In this document: in pieces, positions 62,631 through 64,000 of the stretch | Layout of the letters: each line of letters starts with the position of its first letter | How positions within the stretch are numbered: the stretch's first letter is position 1 | Source: the human T2T-CHM13v2.0 reference genome, Homo sapiens | DNA length: 64,000 bases | Assembly: GCF_009914755.1 (NCBI RefSeq) | Contig: NC_060932.1 | Strand: one strand, 5' to 3' | Position numbers and translations under genes: made by a program | Notes under the pieces: model-generated | What the model saw: the letters and a program-made list of their open reading frames with translations, nothing else | The model's database searches: none | Told to the model about the DNA's origin: nothing

Positions 62631-64000
62631 CTACAACAAACACAGTTTTTAATATTTTTGGTTATTATGAGCTTTTCAGTTAAAGAATTGCTTTCCCAGG
62701 AAGTAAAGTTAAAACTATATAATTATAAAATGGAATTACTTAAAAAACTTTTGCTGCTGCTTCTTGTATGTCAGCAAACATGAAGAAAGAAACTGCAATC
62801 ATGATGATAAGAAACAGAGCATGTTTAGTTTTAATTTTAATTTTAAAAGGGACCTTGGCCTCACCAGGCTGGTCTCTAAGGGGGATCTGGATTCATCATC
62901 ATCTTTGGTGACAGTGATGGTACCTGTCTCATGTTTACCTAGCTGAGACACACAGTAGAGCAACCTGTACTAAAATTTTCAAAGGGCTCACCTCAACATA
63001 GAGCCTACCAAGGCTTCCCATAAATTAGAATTGGAACCCATCATATCTAATTTTGTCCAAGGAATTGATTCAAAATTGTAGTTTGGTGTTTCTTTCAGAG
63101 CTTGTAATGTTGCTCCTAGCTTCAAAAACATTCAGAGAATGGAAGTTTTATATTAAAAAACACAAGTTATATGACTTTTTTGCAACTGATTATTTTACAT
63201 ACACACACACATCTATTTTAGGAAAATGCTCCAGAGACAAATAGTGCTCTAACAAATTAGCACTGCATGGAGCAGCATTAAACTGTCATCCATAGATTAT
63301 TTGTATAATACAAAATGATACTCAGTAAATGGAAAATAAACAATTTTTTTTCTAAAACTTAAAGCCATTTCCCATACTCCTATAGAGTCATTGAAAATGT
63401 GTTCACAACATTCATAGTTGACATCTCTTCAACTGCTGTTCATGTTCAGATGCCCATGTTAATGTTGATCCTTTCCTCTCCTGCATTTGGTTGATGAACT
63501 AGGGAGAGGAAAACCACTTTTCTGATGTGGAATAGCACATCCTGTCTGCTCCCTTCTCAGAACACTGGCAGGTAGGGGGTTGGGTTGAGGGACAGAGGAA
63601 GCAGAGAGCAAAATGACCTCCATGGGCCTACCCACTCAGAGATTGCAAGTGCCAGAGACACTCGAGGGAAATGGTCCCAGGTACCTGGGAAAGCTAGACC
63701 TAGAACCGGATTAGTTTGGGCTGCTAAACCAAGGGATAGAGATGGAAGGTTCAGGGATGGCATCAGTGGGAGATTGCCACACCTGTCACACCCACACTCT
63801 CCAATCTCTACAACCCTAGCTGCCAAACCACTGAGAAGCATAATCCATGTGTTCCACTGGCTGCCTTTGTCATGAGTCCCACTGGCCACCAGCTCTGCTC
63901 CATAGAACAGCCAGTTTAAACTAATGCTGTAGTAAATGGGCAATGTGATCCCTGAGAAAATCTCACTGCAAACCTCTGGGAGGGAGGTTAAGCATCCGCC

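Overview
Primate (human-like) genomic DNA with no intact protein-coding gene, CpG island, tRNA, rRNA or CRISPR array that I can support. Much of the window is interspersed repeat: over 20 Alu/FLAM copies, L1 fragments of several ages, MaLR/ERVL/ERV1 LTRs, MIR, L2, CR1, Tigger, MER3 and two MADE1 hairpins. Repeat subfamily names come from recognition by eye and are approximate. Most ORF-track entries are Alu/L1 read-throughs or chance ORFs. The non-repeat sequence holds four notable signals. (1) A candidate dead multi-exon gene on the minus strand (about 17249 down to 5900): a Kozak/signal-peptide-like first exon present in two copies, then several splice-site-associated, stop- and frameshift-ridden segments whose cysteine patterns resemble ZP-N repeats (inference). 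(2) A roughly 735-bp-arm inverted duplication at 34554-36924 with patchy identity and a pre-miRNA-sized hairpin at its inner junction. (3) A spacer-less 73-bp palindrome at 27891-27963. (4) An old, roughly 170-bp AT-rich element present twice, 18.6 kb apart. I cannot name the locus.
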